Source: Eubacteriales bacterium (GTDB lineage: Bacteria; Bacillota; Clostridia; Oscillospirales; CAG-272). Taken from it: a stretch of DNA of 64,000 nucleotides. Of this stretch, positions 1-10,191 are shown in pieces. Location: assembly GCA_045127215.1 (NCBI GenBank), contig JBGVPV010000074.1:16302-80301 (forward strand), read 5' to 3'. Under the pieces are notes generated by a model, which was given only the letters and a program-made list of their open reading frames with translations, did no database searches and had not been told where the DNA came from. The first letter of the stretch is position 1, and each line of letters opens with the position of its first letter. The position numbers and the translations under genes are program-made.

Positions 1-1
1 G

Positions 2-919
2 CTTTCCTCACTTCTCACCTACGGTGCTCAGATACTTATGAGCCTTATGATGCTCTCTATGATCATAGTTACCATAACCATTTCCGTAGCATCTGCGGTC
101 CGTATCGGAGAGGTGCTTCAGGAAAAGAGCACTATCACCGACCCCGAAAATCCCATCACCGAAATACGTGACGGCAGTATAGTATTTGACAACGTAAGCT
201 TCAAGTACTCCGAGGGATCAAAGAAAAACTCCCTCTCGGGTATCAATCTCTCCATCGCCTCGGGCCAGACCGTTGGCATTATCGGCGGTACGGGTAGCGG
301 AAAAACCACGCTTATCCAGCTCATCTCCCGTCTTTACGACACAAACGAGGGTTGCGTTACCGTCGGCGGTGAGGACGTAAGAAAATACGGGCTTGAAGCC
401 CTCAGAAACGAGGTCTCCGTAGTCCTTCAGAAAAACGTTCTCTTCTCGGGAACTATCAAAGAAAATCTTCGTTGGGGTAACGCTAACGCCACCGACGAGG
501 AAATGGAAAGAATATGCCGTCTGGCGCAGGCTGATGAATTTATCAAACAGCTCCCCGACGGATACGATACCTTTATCGAGCGAGGCGGAACTAACGTCTC
601 GGGTGGACAAAAACAGCGTCTTTGTATTGCACGTGCGCTTCTCAAAAAGCCCAAGATACTTATCCTTGACGACTCAACGAGTGCCGTTGACACCAAGACC
701 GACGCGCTTATACGCCGCGCGTTTGCCGAGGAGATCCCCGACACCACCAAGATAATCATCGCGCAGAGAATTTCCTCAGTTGAGTACGCTGACAAGATAG
801 TAGTTATGGACGGCGGTCGCATTGAGTCCGTCGGAACTCACGACGAGCTTCTCCGGATAAGTCCCATATACCGCGAGGTATATGACTCCCAGGTGAAAGG
901 AGGAAGTGACGATGAATAA
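2..919 (+). CDS. ABC transporter ATP-binding/permease subunit, C-terminal part (5' end outside window)
   Basis: Frame is open to the window edge. Walker A GGTGSGKTT, signature VSGGQKQR, Walker B ILILDDSTSAVD. The stop overlaps the start region of the next ABC gene, as in a heterodimeric exporter pair. Confidence 0.9.
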   Translation, partial: LSSLLTYGAQILMSLMMLSMIIVTITISVASAVRIGEVLQEKSTITDPENPITEIRDGSIVFDNVSFKYSEGSKKNSLSGINLSIASGQTVGIIGGTGSGKTTLIQLISRLYDTNEGCVTVGGEDVRKYGLEALRNEVSVVLQKNVLFSGTIKENLRWGNANATDEEMERICRLAQADEFIKQLPDGYDTFIERGGTNVSGGQKQRLCIARALLKKPKILILDDSTSAVDTKTDALIRRAFAEEIPDTTKIIIAQRISSVEYADKIVVMDGGRIESVGTHDELLRISPIYREVYDSQVKGGSDDE

Positions 920-2906
920 TAAAATGAATGACAAAATGGACGGCAAGATGGACGGCAAGATGGACGGCAAAATGGACGGCAAGATGGACGGCAAGATGCC
1001 TCCAAAAATGAGCAAAAAAGAAATGATGAAGATGAACGGCAATCACATTCCTCGTATCATCAAGATACTTTTTGCCGACTACAAGCCTCAGCTTTTGCTT
1101 GTGGCTGTTTGCATAGTGCTGACCTCACTTGCGTCAACCATCTCCAGCTTCTTCCTAAACACGTTTATCAACTACATCAACGAAGGCCTCGAATTCGGTC
1201 TTGACGCGGTAAGCCACAAGATACTTATCGCTATCTGTATAATGCTTTCAATATACGCTGTCGGTTGGGTGGCGTCCTTCATGCACACTCGTACCATGGC
1301 AATAGTCACTCAGGGCTTCATGAACAAGCTCCGCAAGCGTATGTTTGAAAAGATGCAGAGTCTTCCCCTGCGTTATTTTGACACGCACCAGCACGGAGAT
1401 ATAATGTCGTATTACACAAACGATATAGACACTCTCCGCGAGCTTATCTCAAGAACTATTCCTCAGCTCATCAGCTCCACCCTTATCCTCGTATTCCTTA
1501 TCACCTCGATGCTTTATCTGAGCATCTGGATGGCGCTTATAGTCGCTTGCGCGACGGTTGCTATGGTAACCGTAACCAAGAAAATCGGCGGAAACAGCGC
1601 GAAAAACTTCATCAAGATGCAGAAATCCATCGCGCAGACCGAGGGCGTCGTCGAAGAGCTTATCAACGGTCAGAAGGTCGTTAAGGTATTCTGTCACGAA
1701 AAAGATAGCCAGGCGGACTTTGACCGCGTTAACGAGCAGCTCTGCGCTGACGCGACCCGCGCAAACCGCTTTGCAAATATTCTGATGCCTATTATGGCAA
1801 ACATCGGTAATATCCTTTACGTTCTGGTAGCATTCCTCGGAGGACTTATGATAGTCAGCGGTAACGTTACAAACGTCTCCCTCTCAGGTCAGGCTATGGG
1901 AATCGCGGTAGTAGTTCCCTTCCTCAATATGACCCGTCAGTTCACCAACAACGTAAGTCAGTTCTCCATGCAGATAAACTCCATCGTCATGGCGATGGCA
2001 GGTGCTAAGAGAATCTTTGAGCTTCTTGATGAAGAGCCCGAGCAGGACGACGGATACGTTATGCTGGTTAACGCACGCGAGGAAAACGGCGAGATAGTTG
2101 AATGCACCGAAAGAACGGGAATCTGGGCGTGGAAGCACCCCCATGGCGACGGAACAGTTACCTACACGCGCCTTATGGGTGACGTCCGTATCGTTGATAT
2201 GGACTTCGGCTACGTTCCCGAAAAGACCGTTCTCAAGAACATCACGCTTTACGCCGAGCCCGGTCAGAAGGTTGCCTTCGTTGGCGCGACAGGCGCGGGT
2301 AAGACAACTATCACAAATCTTATCAACCGCTTCTACGACATCGACGACGGTAAGATAAGATACGACGGCATCAATATCAACAAGATAAAGAAGGCAGACC
2401 TCCGCCGCTCACTCGGTATAGTTCTTCAGGACACCAATCTCTTTACGGGAACGGTTATGGAGAACATCCGATACGGTAAGCTTGACGCCACGGATGAAGA
2501 ATGTATTGCGGCGGCAAAGCTTGCAAACGCAGACGATTTTATCACCCGACTTCCCGAGGGGTATAATACAATGCTCACCTCAAACGGCGCAAATCTCTCT
2601 CAGGGACAGCGTCAGCTGCTCTCTATTGCAAGAGCTGCCGTCGCAGACCCGCCCGTAATGATACTCGACGAGGCAACGTCCTCAATAGATACTCGTACCG
2701 AGGCGCTCGTACAGCGAGGTATGGACGCACTTATGAAGGGCAGAACGGTATTCGTTATCGCCCACCGTCTCTCCACCGTACGCAACTCCGACGTTATTAT
2801 GGTGCTTGAGCACGGTTCTATCATCGAGCGTGGTACACACGACGCTCTTATTGCCGAGAAGGGCAAATATTATCAGCTCTATACCGGCGCATTCGAACTT
2901 GAATAA
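912..2906 (+). CDS. ABC transporter ATP-binding/permease subunit (exporter type) with repetitive MxxK N-terminal extension
   Basis: GGAGG lies 10 nt upstream of ATG 912 (the track start at 906 is GTG). Hydrophobic exporter domain, then Walker A GATGAGKTT, signature LSQGQRQL, Walker B VMILDEATSSID, IAHRLST. Confidence 0.9.
   Translation: MNNKMNDKMDGKMDGKMDGKMDGKMDGKMPPKMSKKEMMKMNGNHIPRIIKILFADYKPQLLLVAVCIVLTSLASTISSFFLNTFINYINEGLEFGLDAVSHKILIAICIMLSIYAVGWVASFMHTRTMAIVTQGFMNKLRKRMFEKMQSLPLRYFDTHQHGDIMSYYTNDIDTLRELISRTIPQLISSTLILVFLITSMLYLSIWMALIVACATVAMVTVTKKIGGNSAKNFIKMQKSIAQTEGVVEELINGQKVVKVFCHEKDSQADFDRVNEQLCADATRANRFANILMPIMANIGNILYVLVAFLGGLMIVSGNVTNVSLSGQAMGIAVVVPFLNMTRQFTNNVSQFSMQINSIVMAMAGAKRIFELLDEEPEQDDGYVMLVNAREENGEIVECTERTGIWAWKHPHGDGTVTYTRLMGDVRIVDMDFGYVPEKTVLKNITLYAEPGQKVAFVGATGAGKTTITNLINRFYDIDDGKIRYDGININKIKKADLRRSLGIVLQDTNLFTGTVMENIRYGKLDATDEECIAAAKLANADDFITRLPEGYNTMLTSNGANLSQGQRQLLSIARAAVADPPVMILDEATSSIDTRTEALVQRGMDALMKGRTVFVIAHRLSTVRNSDVIMVLEHGSIIERGTHDALIAEKGKYYQLYTGAFELE
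936..995 (+). repeat. Five tandem in-frame 12-nt units ATGGACGGCAA(G/A) encoding (MDGK)5
   Basis: Direct reading: units at 936, 948, 960, 972 and 984. Flanked by degenerate MNNK, MNDK, MPPK and MSKK units. Confidence 0.95.
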
Positions 2907-2929
2907 GTAATTTTTTGGAGCTTTTTACA

Positions 2930-4321
2930 ATGCTTAAAAAATATTTCGGCGACCGAAAATTTTATAAAATGGTATTGCTCCTCGCGATACCGATAATGAT
3001 ACAAAACGGCATCACCAACTTTGTCAATATGCTTGACAACGTCATGGTGGGACAGCTTGGAACGGAAGCGATGTCAGCAGTTTCAATAGTAAACAATCTG
3101 ATGTTCGTATTCAATCTCACAGTCTTTGGCGCGATATCAAGCGCGGGTATATTCACCGCGCAGTATCACGGTCTTGGAGACCGTAACGGTATCCGTAACA
3201 CCTTCCGCTTCAAGCTGATCATAATTGCCGTGACAGGCGTTATAGGCATTATAGCCTTTATCGCGGGCGGCGATATGCTGATAAATATGTTTTTGCACGA
3301 CAGCGAGTCCGCAGGAGATCTTGCCCTGACGCTCGACTATGCAAAAACCTATCTTGCGATCATGCTTATAGGACTTTTTCCCTACGCGATCTCTCAGGCC
3401 TACGCATCAACACTCAGGGAGACCGAGCAGACCGTAGTACCTATGGTTGCAAGTATTGCCGCGGTAGCCACTAACTTCGTTTTTAACTATATTTTCATAT
3501 TCGGTAAATTTGGCGCGCCCGCACTCGGAATTCGCGGTGCGGCTATCGCGACGGTAATATCTCGATTTGTTGAGCTTGCAATACTCGTTATCTGGACGCA
3601 CAGGAATACCGACCGCTGTGAATTTATCATCGGTGCGTTCCGTTCGTTCCGCATTCCCGCAGAGCTTATCCGAAAGATCATCGCAAAGGGACTCCCCCTT
3701 ATGTTCAACGAGATATTCTGGTCAACTGCCGTTACCTTTGTAACTCAGGCGTATTCAATGCGCGGACTTGACGTCGTTGCGGCACTCAATATCTCAAACA
3801 CGCTCAATAATCTCTTTAATATAGTCTACATCGCTCTCGGTAGTTCGATAGCGATAGTAGTCGGAAATCTGCTGGGCGCAGGTAAGCTCGAGGAAGCCAA
3901 GGACACCGACAGAAAGATGATAACCTTCTCGGTGCTCTGCTCTCTCGGTATGGCAATAGTGCTTGCCATCGTAGCTCCCTTTATCCCCCTGCTCTACAAG
4001 ACGACCGACGCCGTACGCGAGCTTGCAACCTATATGATGTGGGTCATCGCGGCGATCATGCCGTTCTGCGCTTTCTGCCACGCTTCGTACTTCACACTCA
4101 GATCCGGCGGCAAGGTATTCGTGACCTTCCTGTTTGACTCCGTATATATGTGGCTGGTGGTAGCGCCTATCGCTTTCTGCCTCTCACGCTTTACGAGCGC
4201 AAGTATATTTTTGATCTACCCCATCTGTCACGGTCTTGAGATCCCCAAGGTATTCTTTGGCGCGTTGCTTCTCAAAAAGACCCATTGGGTAAGACAGCTT
4301 GTAAGTAAAAGCGAGCTTTAA
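2930..4321 (+). CDS. MATE family efflux transporter
   Basis: About 12 hydrophobic segments. N-terminal LLLAIPIMIQNGITNFVNMLDNVMVGQLG is typical of MATE proteins. ATG 2930 lies 9 nt after TTGGAG (the track start at 2915 is TTG). Confidence 0.85.
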   Translation: MLKKYFGDRKFYKMVLLLAIPIMIQNGITNFVNMLDNVMVGQLGTEAMSAVSIVNNLMFVFNLTVFGAISSAGIFTAQYHGLGDRNGIRNTFRFKLIIIAVTGVIGIIAFIAGGDMLINMFLHDSESAGDLALTLDYAKTYLAIMLIGLFPYAISQAYASTLRETEQTVVPMVASIAAVATNFVFNYIFIFGKFGAPALGIRGAAIATVISRFVELAILVIWTHRNTDRCEFIIGAFRSFRIPAELIRKIIAKGLPLMFNEIFWSTAVTFVTQAYSMRGLDVVAALNISNTLNNLFNIVYIALGSSIAIVVGNLLGAGKLEEAKDTDRKMITFSVLCSLGMAIVLAIVAPFIPLLYKTTDAVRELATYMMWVIAAIMPFCAFCHASYFTLRSGGKVFVTFLFDSVYMWLVVAPIAFCLSRFTSASIFLIYPICHGLEIPKVFFGALLLKKTHWVRQLVSKSEL

Positions 4322-4332
4322 ATTATAAAAAT

Positions 4333-4368
4333 ACAAGGACTTGACTCGTCAAGTCCTTGTATTTTTTA
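4333..4368 (+). terminator. Rho-independent terminator after the MATE gene
   Basis: ACAAGGACTTGA-loop-TCAAGTCCTTGT followed by ATTTTTT. Confidence 0.8.
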
Positions 4369-4392
4369 TTATAATTATTTTTTCGACTTTTA

Positions 4393-4421
4393 TTGACAAA
4401 AAGTTTTATAGATGATATAAT
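4393..4421 (+). promoter_or_regulatory. Sigma-A type promoter for the AraC-family gene
   Basis: TTGACA (4393-4398), 17-nt spacer, TATAAT (4416-4421). Confidence 0.55.
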
Positions 4422-4498
4422 ATTCTACATATTAAAGGTTTTTTCTCGATAATTACTGTGACGATATTTTATATTAACCCGAAAAAGGAGTATGATCT

Positions 4499-5287
4499 AT
4501 GAAAAAATTCGACATATCAAATCTCATTATTACAAAAATATGCGATATATATAAATATACACTTCCGAGAGAAAGCGAGGGAGCTTCCACCGCGAAGCAT
4601 TCCCTGCTTATAATAAAGCTCGGTGGAAATACACTCTACTCTGCCGCAGGACACACCTCTGTCGCAGACGTGGATCACGCCGTGTATATCCCCGCGGGAA
4701 CGGAATACAAGATGAGCGTGGAGCATGCGGGCGAATGCTTCGTTGCCGAGATCGACGTGGCAGAGGCTACCGAAGCTTCCGGCATACAGCAGCTATTCAC
4801 CGAGAACGATAAGGAAATTATCGCAACGGCAAAGAGCGCGCTTCAGTATTGGAAGCTCAAGGGACCGGCGTATCACTCCAAATGCCTTTCCGAGCTTTAT
4901 ACGCTCGTCACACTCATTTCCACAATAGACGCGTCCGCACTCTCCCTTGCAGGCAAATACGGACTCATTCACCGCTCGGTCAAGTACATTGAGGCAAACT
5001 ACCGCCGCGCTGATCTTTACACTCCTGACCTTGCAAAAATGTCGGGGATCGGCGAGACCTATTACCGCAATATTTTCATTTCCGTATTTAACGTAGCGCC
5101 TACCAAATACATACAGAATTACCGCGTCGAAAAGGCAAAGGAGCTGCTTGTAAAATCAAGCGCCTCGATAGACGATATCGCTATCGCCGTAGGCTTTGCC
5201 AACGCATCATACTTCTGCAAGGTATTCAAGTCCACCACGGGACTCACACCCAAGGAGTTCGTCGCTAAAAGTAAAACGATCGGCTGA
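4499..5287 (+). CDS. AraC family transcriptional regulator
   Basis: C-terminal double HTH (IDDIAIAVGFANASYFCKVFKSTTGLTPKEF). N-terminal cupin-like sensor part. Confidence 0.85.
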   Translation: MKKFDISNLIITKICDIYKYTLPRESEGASTAKHSLLIIKLGGNTLYSAAGHTSVADVDHAVYIPAGTEYKMSVEHAGECFVAEIDVAEATEASGIQQLFTENDKEIIATAKSALQYWKLKGPAYHSKCLSELYTLVTLISTIDASALSLAGKYGLIHRSVKYIEANYRRADLYTPDLAKMSGIGETYYRNIFISVFNVAPTKYIQNYRVEKAKELLVKSSASIDDIAIAVGFANASYFCKVFKSTTGLTPKEFVAKSKTIG

Positions 5288-5302
5288 TAAAACTCATAAC
5301 AC

Positions 5303-5341
5303 AAAAAAAACGGCTTTGCCAAGTGGCAAAGCCGTTTTTTT
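5303..5341. terminator. Bidirectional rho-independent terminator
   Basis: AAAAAAAACGGCTTTGCC-aagt-GGCAAAGCCGTTTTTTT, an A-run and a T-run flanking a perfect stem. Confidence 0.85.
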
Positions 5342-5342
5342 G

Positions 5343-5380
5343 TTAAATTGTGCGTTTTTATTCTGCGCTAATACAAGCCC
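5343..5380. repeat. Copy 1 of a roughly 40-nt direct repeat (TTAAATTGTGCG..TTCTGCGCTAA..AAGCCC)
   Basis: Matches 5568-5607 with a few substitutions or indels. Each copy sits beside a terminator hairpin. Confidence 0.8.
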
Positions 5381-5513
5381 TTGGGCGCAGGGATTTAGAT
5401 GCAGAAGGCGTGATCTCAGAACTCGTCGGCGTACAAAGGTACGCCAGAGGCTGAGAGCGCGCCTAAAAAGCACACATCAAATGAAATTCGAAAAGTTTAC
5501 CTTGAGAATTTCT

Positions 5514-5559
5514 ACAAAAAACCGCCTTTACGATCAGTTTACTGATAATAAAAGCGGTT
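5514..5559 (-). terminator. Rho-independent terminator of the infB operon
   Basis: On the minus strand: ACCGCTTTTATTATCAGT-aa-ACTGATCGTAAAGGCGGT followed by TTTTTTG. Confidence 0.7.
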
Positions 5560-5567
5560 ATTTTCAA

Positions 5568-5607
5568 TTAAATTGTGTGCTTTTGTTCTGCGCTAAATAC
5601 CAAGCCC
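5568..5607. repeat. Copy 2 of the roughly 40-nt direct repeat
   Basis: See 5343-5380. This copy abuts the infB stop codon. Confidence 0.8.
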
Positions 5608-5611
5608 AAAA

Positions 5612-8449
5612 TTATCGAGCAATTTCTTCCATAATGTAGGCTTCGAGGATGTCGCCAACCTTGATATCGTTAAATCTGTCAAGTCCGATACCACACTCGT
5701 AGCCCTGAGCCACTTCCTTAGCGTCGTCCTTAAATCTCTTAAGCGAGGAGATCTTATCCTCAAAGATAACGATACCGTCACGAACTACGCGGATCATTGC
5801 GGAACGGATTACCTTACCGTCCTGGATATAAGAACCTGCGATAGTACCAACGTTAGGAACGTGAATGGTCTGTCTTACTTCAGCGTGGCCAAGTATTACT
5901 TCCTTGAACTCAGGAGCAAGCATACCCTTCATAGCGTCGGTTATCTCGTTGATACAGTCATAAATTACACGGTAGGTACGGATATCAACGTTCTGTCTTT
6001 CAGCGCTATCGATAGCAACCTTATCGGGACGAACGTTAAAGCCTACGATAATTGCGTTGGAAGCCGCCGCAAAGGTTACGTCACCCTCACGGATTCCGCC
6101 TGCCGCTGCGTGAATTACGCAAACCTTGACTTCATCGTTGGAGATCTTTTCAAGCGACTGCTTTACAGCCTCCGCAGAACCGCCAACGTCTGCCTTTACG
6201 ATTACGTTGAGCTGCTTTACGCCGTCTGCGATCTGAGCAAAGAGATCGTTGAGGTTTGCTCTTGCGTTTGCCTTGAACACCTCTTCCTTTGCCTTCTCAC
6301 GTCTCTGATCTGCAAGCTCTCTTGCCATTCTCTCGTCGGCAACTACGTTGAACTCGTCACCGGACGAAGGAACTTCTGCAAGACCGATGATCTCAACGGG
6401 AACTGAAGGACCTGCCTCCTTAAGCGTTCTGCCGTTGTGGTCGGTCATGGCTCTTACGTGACCTACGGACGTTCCTGCGATAACGATATCGCCACTTCTG
6501 AGCGTACCGTTCTGAACGAGCACGGTTGCAACAGGTCCGCGACCTTTATCGAGCTTAGCTTCGATTACGATACCCTTAGCGCGACGCTTAGGATTAGCCT
6601 TAAGCTCCTTGACCTCGGCTACGAGAAGCACGTTTTCAAGAAGATCGGAAATTCCATAGCCAGTCAGCGCGGATACGGGTACGCAGATAACGTCGCCGCC
6701 CCATTCCTCGGGAACGAGATCATACTTTGTAAGCTCCTGCTTGACCGCATCGGGATTTGCCGTGGGCTTATCCATCTTGTTTATAGCTACGATTATATCA
6801 ATACCAGCCGCTTTTGCGTGGTTGATAGCTTCTACCGTCTGAGGCATGATACCGTCATCAGCCGCAACAACGAGTATTGCGATATCCGTTGCCTGCGCAC
6901 CTCTTGCACGCATTGCTGTGAACGCCTCGTGTCCGGGGGTGTCAAGGAATGTAATATCCTGACCGTTTGCTTTTACGCGGTACGCACCGATGTGCTGAGT
7001 AATACCGCCTGCCTCGCCTGTGGTGACGTTGGTGTGACGGATAGCGTCGAGTATAGAGGTCTTACCGTGGTCAACGTGACCCATAACGCATACTACCGGC
7101 GCTCTGGGAACGAGAGTTTCCTCGGTGTCCTCCTGCTCGTCGAACAGCTTTTCCTCAATGGTTACGACTACTTCCTTAGTGACGGCAATGCCCATCTCAT
7201 CCGCAACTATTGCCGCGGTATCGTAGTCAACGGTCTGGTTTACGGTTACCATCATTCCGAGCATCATAAGACGCTTAACTACCTCAGCAGAGGTCACCTT
7301 AAGTCTGGATGCGAGATCACTTACCATGATCTCATCGGGAAGCGTTACGCTTGTAGGTGCTTTTGTCACGGGCTGAGTTGACTTCTTACCCTTGAACTTA
7401 TCCTTACCGCGAGCGCCGCCAAAGCCACCCTGCTGCATACGATTATTCGCGCCCTGCTTCTTTACTCTCTGGTTGCCGCCGCGTACGTCAGCAACTGCAT
7501 CGGGAACGAAGGTATCAAGTCTTTCATCGTACTTGGAAAGGTCAACGGACTCCGCGCGCATATCAACGACACGTGTCGCACCTCTCTGCTTGGGAGTGCT
7601 GTCAGTTCCCTTAACGGTCTGACTGCGTACGATAGGCTGAGGCTTGAATTTTTCAACGGGGCCTCTGGACTGCTTATCTTCCTTATCCCAGCCGCCTGCA
7701 TGCTCTCCGCCTCTCTGTCCCGGCTTGCCCGCAGGTCCTCTTTGAGCGTTATTACCGCCAAAGCGATCGTTGCGGTTATTTTTCGCGCCGTTCTGTCCGA
7801 ATCCGCCGCGTGTTTCGGGCTTGGGAGTGCTGTCAAATCTGCTGTCGAGCTTCTGTCCCTGAGCCTGACGCTGAGAGCTTGTCGCCGCGCTTACCTGAGG
7901 CTTTGCAGCCTTCATCTCCGCGGTCTTTGATACGGGAGCGCTCTTGGGCTGTTCATTACGAGGCTGAGCGTTCTTAGGCTGCTCGGTCTTGGGCTGAGCA
8001 TTCTTGGGCTGCTCCGGCTTCTGAGGAGCAGGCTTTACCGCTGCGGGCGCAGTCTTCTCCTTTGCCTGTACCTGTTCGGTATTCTTGGGAGCTACGGCAC
8101 TCGCGCTGTCCGCACGCTTCTGCTCCGCAACCGTCTTTTCCTGTACCGCGAGAGCGGCAGGTGCCGCCTCGGGCTTTACTTGCTCTGCCTTCTGAGGCTC
8201 CTTTTCTACGGGCTTCTTGGACGGAATATAAGTAACTCCGTCAAGATAGTTACCGATGTTATCTATCTGATTATTTCTTGTAAGAGTATCGAAAAGCATC
8301 TCAAACTGAGCTACCTCAAGTGTCGCCTGAGATTTGAGAGCAATACCCTTATTTGCAAGCACGTCAAGAACGTCCTTGCTCTTCATATTCATGTCCTTTG
8401 AAAACTGTGTTACCTTCAATAAGTTGGTAGTTGCTGCCATATTTTGCAC
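5612..8449 (-). CDS. infB: Translation initiation factor IF-2
   Basis: G domain [23 protein letters not shown]. Pro/Gln/Lys-rich repetitive N-terminal region. Lies in the nusA-infB operon context. Confidence 0.97.
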   Translation of the reverse strand: MQNMAATTNLLKVTQFSKDMNMKSKDVLDVLANKGIALKSQATLEVAQFEMLFDTLTRNNQIDNIGNYLDGVTYIPSKKPVEKEPQKAEQVKPEAAPAALAVQEKTVAEQKRADSASAVAPKNTEQVQAKEKTAPAAVKPAPQKPEQPKNAQPKTEQPKNAQPRNEQPKSAPVSKTAEMKAAKPQVSAATSSQRQAQGQKLDSRFDSTPKPETRGGFGQNGAKNNRNDRFGGNNAQRGPAGKPGQRGGEHAGGWDKEDKQSRGPVEKFKPQPIVRSQTVKGTDSTPKQRGATRVVDMRAESVDLSKYDERLDTFVPDAVADVRGGNQRVKKQGANNRMQQGGFGGARGKDKFKGKKSTQPVTKAPTSVTLPDEIMVSDLASRLKVTSAEVVKRLMMLGMMVTVNQTVDYDTAAIVADEMGIAVTKEVVVTIEEKLFDEQEDTEETLVPRAPVVCVMGHVDHGKTSILDAIRHTNVTTGEAGGITQHIGAYRVKANGQDITFLDTPGHEAFTAMRARGAQATDIAILVVAADDGIMPQTVEAINHAKAAGIDIIVAINKMDKPTANPDAVKQELTKYDLVPEEWGGDVICVPVSALTGYGISDLLENVLLVAEVKELKANPKRRAKGIVIEAKLDKGRGPVATVLVQNGTLRSGDIVIAGTSVGHVRAMTDHNGRTLKEAGPSVPVEIIGLAEVPSSGDEFNVVADERMARELADQRREKAKEEVFKANARANLNDLFAQIADGVKQLNVIVKADVGGSAEAVKQSLEKISNDEVKVCVIHAAAGGIREGDVTFAAASNAIIVGFNVRPDKVAIDSAERQNVDIRTYRVIYDCINEITDAMKGMLAPEFKEVILGHAEVRQTIHVPNVGTIAGSYIQDGKVIRSAMIRVVRDGIVIFEDKISSLKRFKDDAKEVAQGYECGIGLDRFNDIKVGDILEAYIMEEIAR

Positions 8450-8493
8450 CGTATCCCCGTGCCGTCAGGGATTCCTTTCATGGTTTTAGGTCT

Positions 8494-8832
8494 TCAGATG
8501 TGTTTCTTGATCAAAAGGCAAAGCCCCTTGTCAGTCACGGCTACCGCGCCGAGCTTTGCGGTTTTTCCAACCGCGCTCGCGAGCCGTTCTCCGTCGTGGC
8601 AAAGCCTCACGTGCTCCACCCCGTAAAACTTACATTTATCGCTTATCTTTTTTTGTGTATTCTCAGACGCGTCACTTGCTTCGAGAACGATCAGCGGCAT
8701 ATTTTTGCCACCCTTTTTCATCGTCTCGCATATCATAGGCACGCCGAATATCAGCTTCCCTGCTTTTGCACAGAGTCCGAGAGTCAGCAGTATCTTTTCA
8801 TTTTCGGAATTCACCGATCTCTGATCACTCAT
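8494..8832 (-). CDS. ylxQ: L7Ae-family RNA-binding protein YlxQ
   Basis: Small protein between ylxR and infB. GLCAKAGKLIFG core is typical of L7Ae/YlxQ. ATG 8832 overlaps the ylxR stop (the track start at 8862 is less likely). Confidence 0.75.
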   Translation of the reverse strand: MSDQRSVNSENEKILLTLGLCAKAGKLIFGVPMICETMKKGGKNMPLIVLEASDASENTQKKISDKCKFYGVEHVRLCHDGERLASAVGKTAKLGAVAVTDKGLCLLIKKHI

Positions 8833-9106
8833 GCTCGCTAAGCTCTCTTTCCATATTTGCATAGACCTCTTCGGGAACGCTTACGTTAAGGCTTCTGTCT
8901 ATGCGGCCCGAGCGTCTTGCCTTTTTAAGACAACTGACACTCTGGCAAATATATGCGCCTCTGCCGTTCTTCTTGCCCGTAAAGTCAAGCAATATCTCGC
9001 CCTGGGGCGTTCTTACAACACGCAAAAGCTCCTTCTTGGGTTTATGCTCATTGCATCCGAGGCACTGCCTCTCGGGGATCTTTTTTATCTTGGAGCTCTG
9101 TTCCAT
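8825..9106 (-). CDS. ylxR: YlxR (DUF448) RNA-binding protein
   Basis: RQCLGCNEHKPKKELLRVV and GRGAYIC motifs. Conserved position after nusA. ATG 9106 is preceded by GGGGGA. Confidence 0.85.
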   Translation of the reverse strand: MEQSSKIKKIPERQCLGCNEHKPKKELLRVVRTPQGEILLDFTGKKNGRGAYICQSVSCLKKARRSGRIDRSLNVSVPEEVYANMERELSEHE

Positions 9107-9125
9107 ATTTTCCCCCAAACAAAAA

Positions 9126-10151
9126 TTATTCAGACTTTATGTCTATCTTAAAGCCGGTAAGTCTTGCAGCAAGGCGAGCGTTCTGTCCTTCCTTACCGAT
9201 AGCGAGGGAGAGCTGATCCTCATCAACGATTACTCTGCAGCTTCTCTCTGCCGTAAAGGTTACGGAACGCACCTCGGCGGGAGCAAGTGCCTCAGCAACG
9301 TACTCCTCGGGGATCTCGCTGTACTTAACTATATCTATCTTCTCGCCGCGAAGCTCGTCAACGATACCCGCAATTCTCATTGCGTGGTTACCGATACAAG
9401 CTCCTACTGCATCGACGTCCTCGTCACGTGACATAACGGCGATCTTGGTTCTCGAGCCTGCCTCACGGGAAATACCCTTAACAAGCACGACGCCGTCGAT
9501 GATCTCGGGGATCTCAAGCTCGAATATTCTGCGAACAAGTCCGGGGTGTACACGGGAAAGAGTAACGAGAGGTCCTCTTGCCTCTTTATTTACCTCGGTT
9601 ACAAATACCTTTATCTTATCGCCTACTGTGAAGGTCTCGCCGGGGATCTGCTCGCTCTTGATAAGAGTTGCGTGTCCTGTTCCGGTATCGAGAAGAACGT
9701 TGCCGTTATCGGAAAATACCTTACTTACGGTTGCGGTGATTATCTCTCCGCGCTTGCTCTCGTAAGCGTCCTGCATAGCCTTTCTCTCACCCTCACGGAT
9801 GCCCTGAATAATAACGGATTTTGCAGCAGCCGCGCTGAGTCTGCGGAAGTTCTTGGGCTTTACCTCAGTCTCAACCATCTTACCGAGCGTGTTTCTTCTG
9901 CTGAGCGCCTTTGCGTCTGCAAGAGAGATCTGGCACTGAGGATTTTCTACCTCCTCAACTACCTCCTTCTGCAAATAAACTCTCATATCCTCCTTAACGG
10001 GATCGATAGCAACGCGCATCAAAGTGCTGTTGCCGTATTCTTTTCTGAGAGCGGAAAGGAGAGCCGCCTCGATCTTTTCGAGCATATATTCCTTGGGGAT
10101 GCCCTTTTCCTTTTCCAGAAGGTCGAGAGCCACGAAAAATTCCTTGTTCAT
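9126..10151 (-). CDS. nusA: Transcription termination/antitermination factor NusA
   Basis: N-terminal domain, S1 and two KH domains (GKEGQNARLAARLTG). Operon context supports the call. Confidence 0.95.
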   Translation of the reverse strand: MNKEFFVALDLLEKEKGIPKEYMLEKIEAALLSALRKEYGNSTLMRVAIDPVKEDMRVYLQKEVVEEVENPQCQISLADAKALSRRNTLGKMVETEVKPKNFRRLSAAAAKSVIIQGIREGERKAMQDAYESKRGEIITATVSKVFSDNGNVLLDTGTGHATLIKSEQIPGETFTVGDKIKVFVTEVNKEARGPLVTLSRVHPGLVRRIFELEIPEIIDGVVLVKGISREAGSRTKIAVMSRDEDVDAVGACIGNHAMRIAGIVDELRGEKIDIVKYSEIPEEYVAEALAPAEVRSVTFTAERSCRVIVDEDQLSLAIGKEGQNARLAARLTGFKIDIKSE

Positions 10152-10191
10152 TTTAATCTTCCATCCTTTATATTTTTCAAAATTAATTCAA

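Noticed and set aside
776-1046. Two minus-strand ORFs with striking LPSI and LAVH peptide repeats.
   Set aside because: They are reverse-frame readings of the 12-nt tandem repeat that encodes (MDGK)n in the ABC transporter gene on the plus strand.
5861-7381. Long plus-strand ORFs (181 and 314 aa) inside the infB region. Similar long antisense ORFs occur at 12212-13018, 17015-17803, 20560-21288, 26732-27544, 27561-28328, 29728-30810, 39311-40381, 45504-46322 and 54165-54911.
   Set aside because: Each lies fully antisense to a gene with unmistakable conserved motifs. Their translations are Cys/Arg/Leu-rich low-information sequences without an RBS or recognisable domains. They are typical shadow ORFs.
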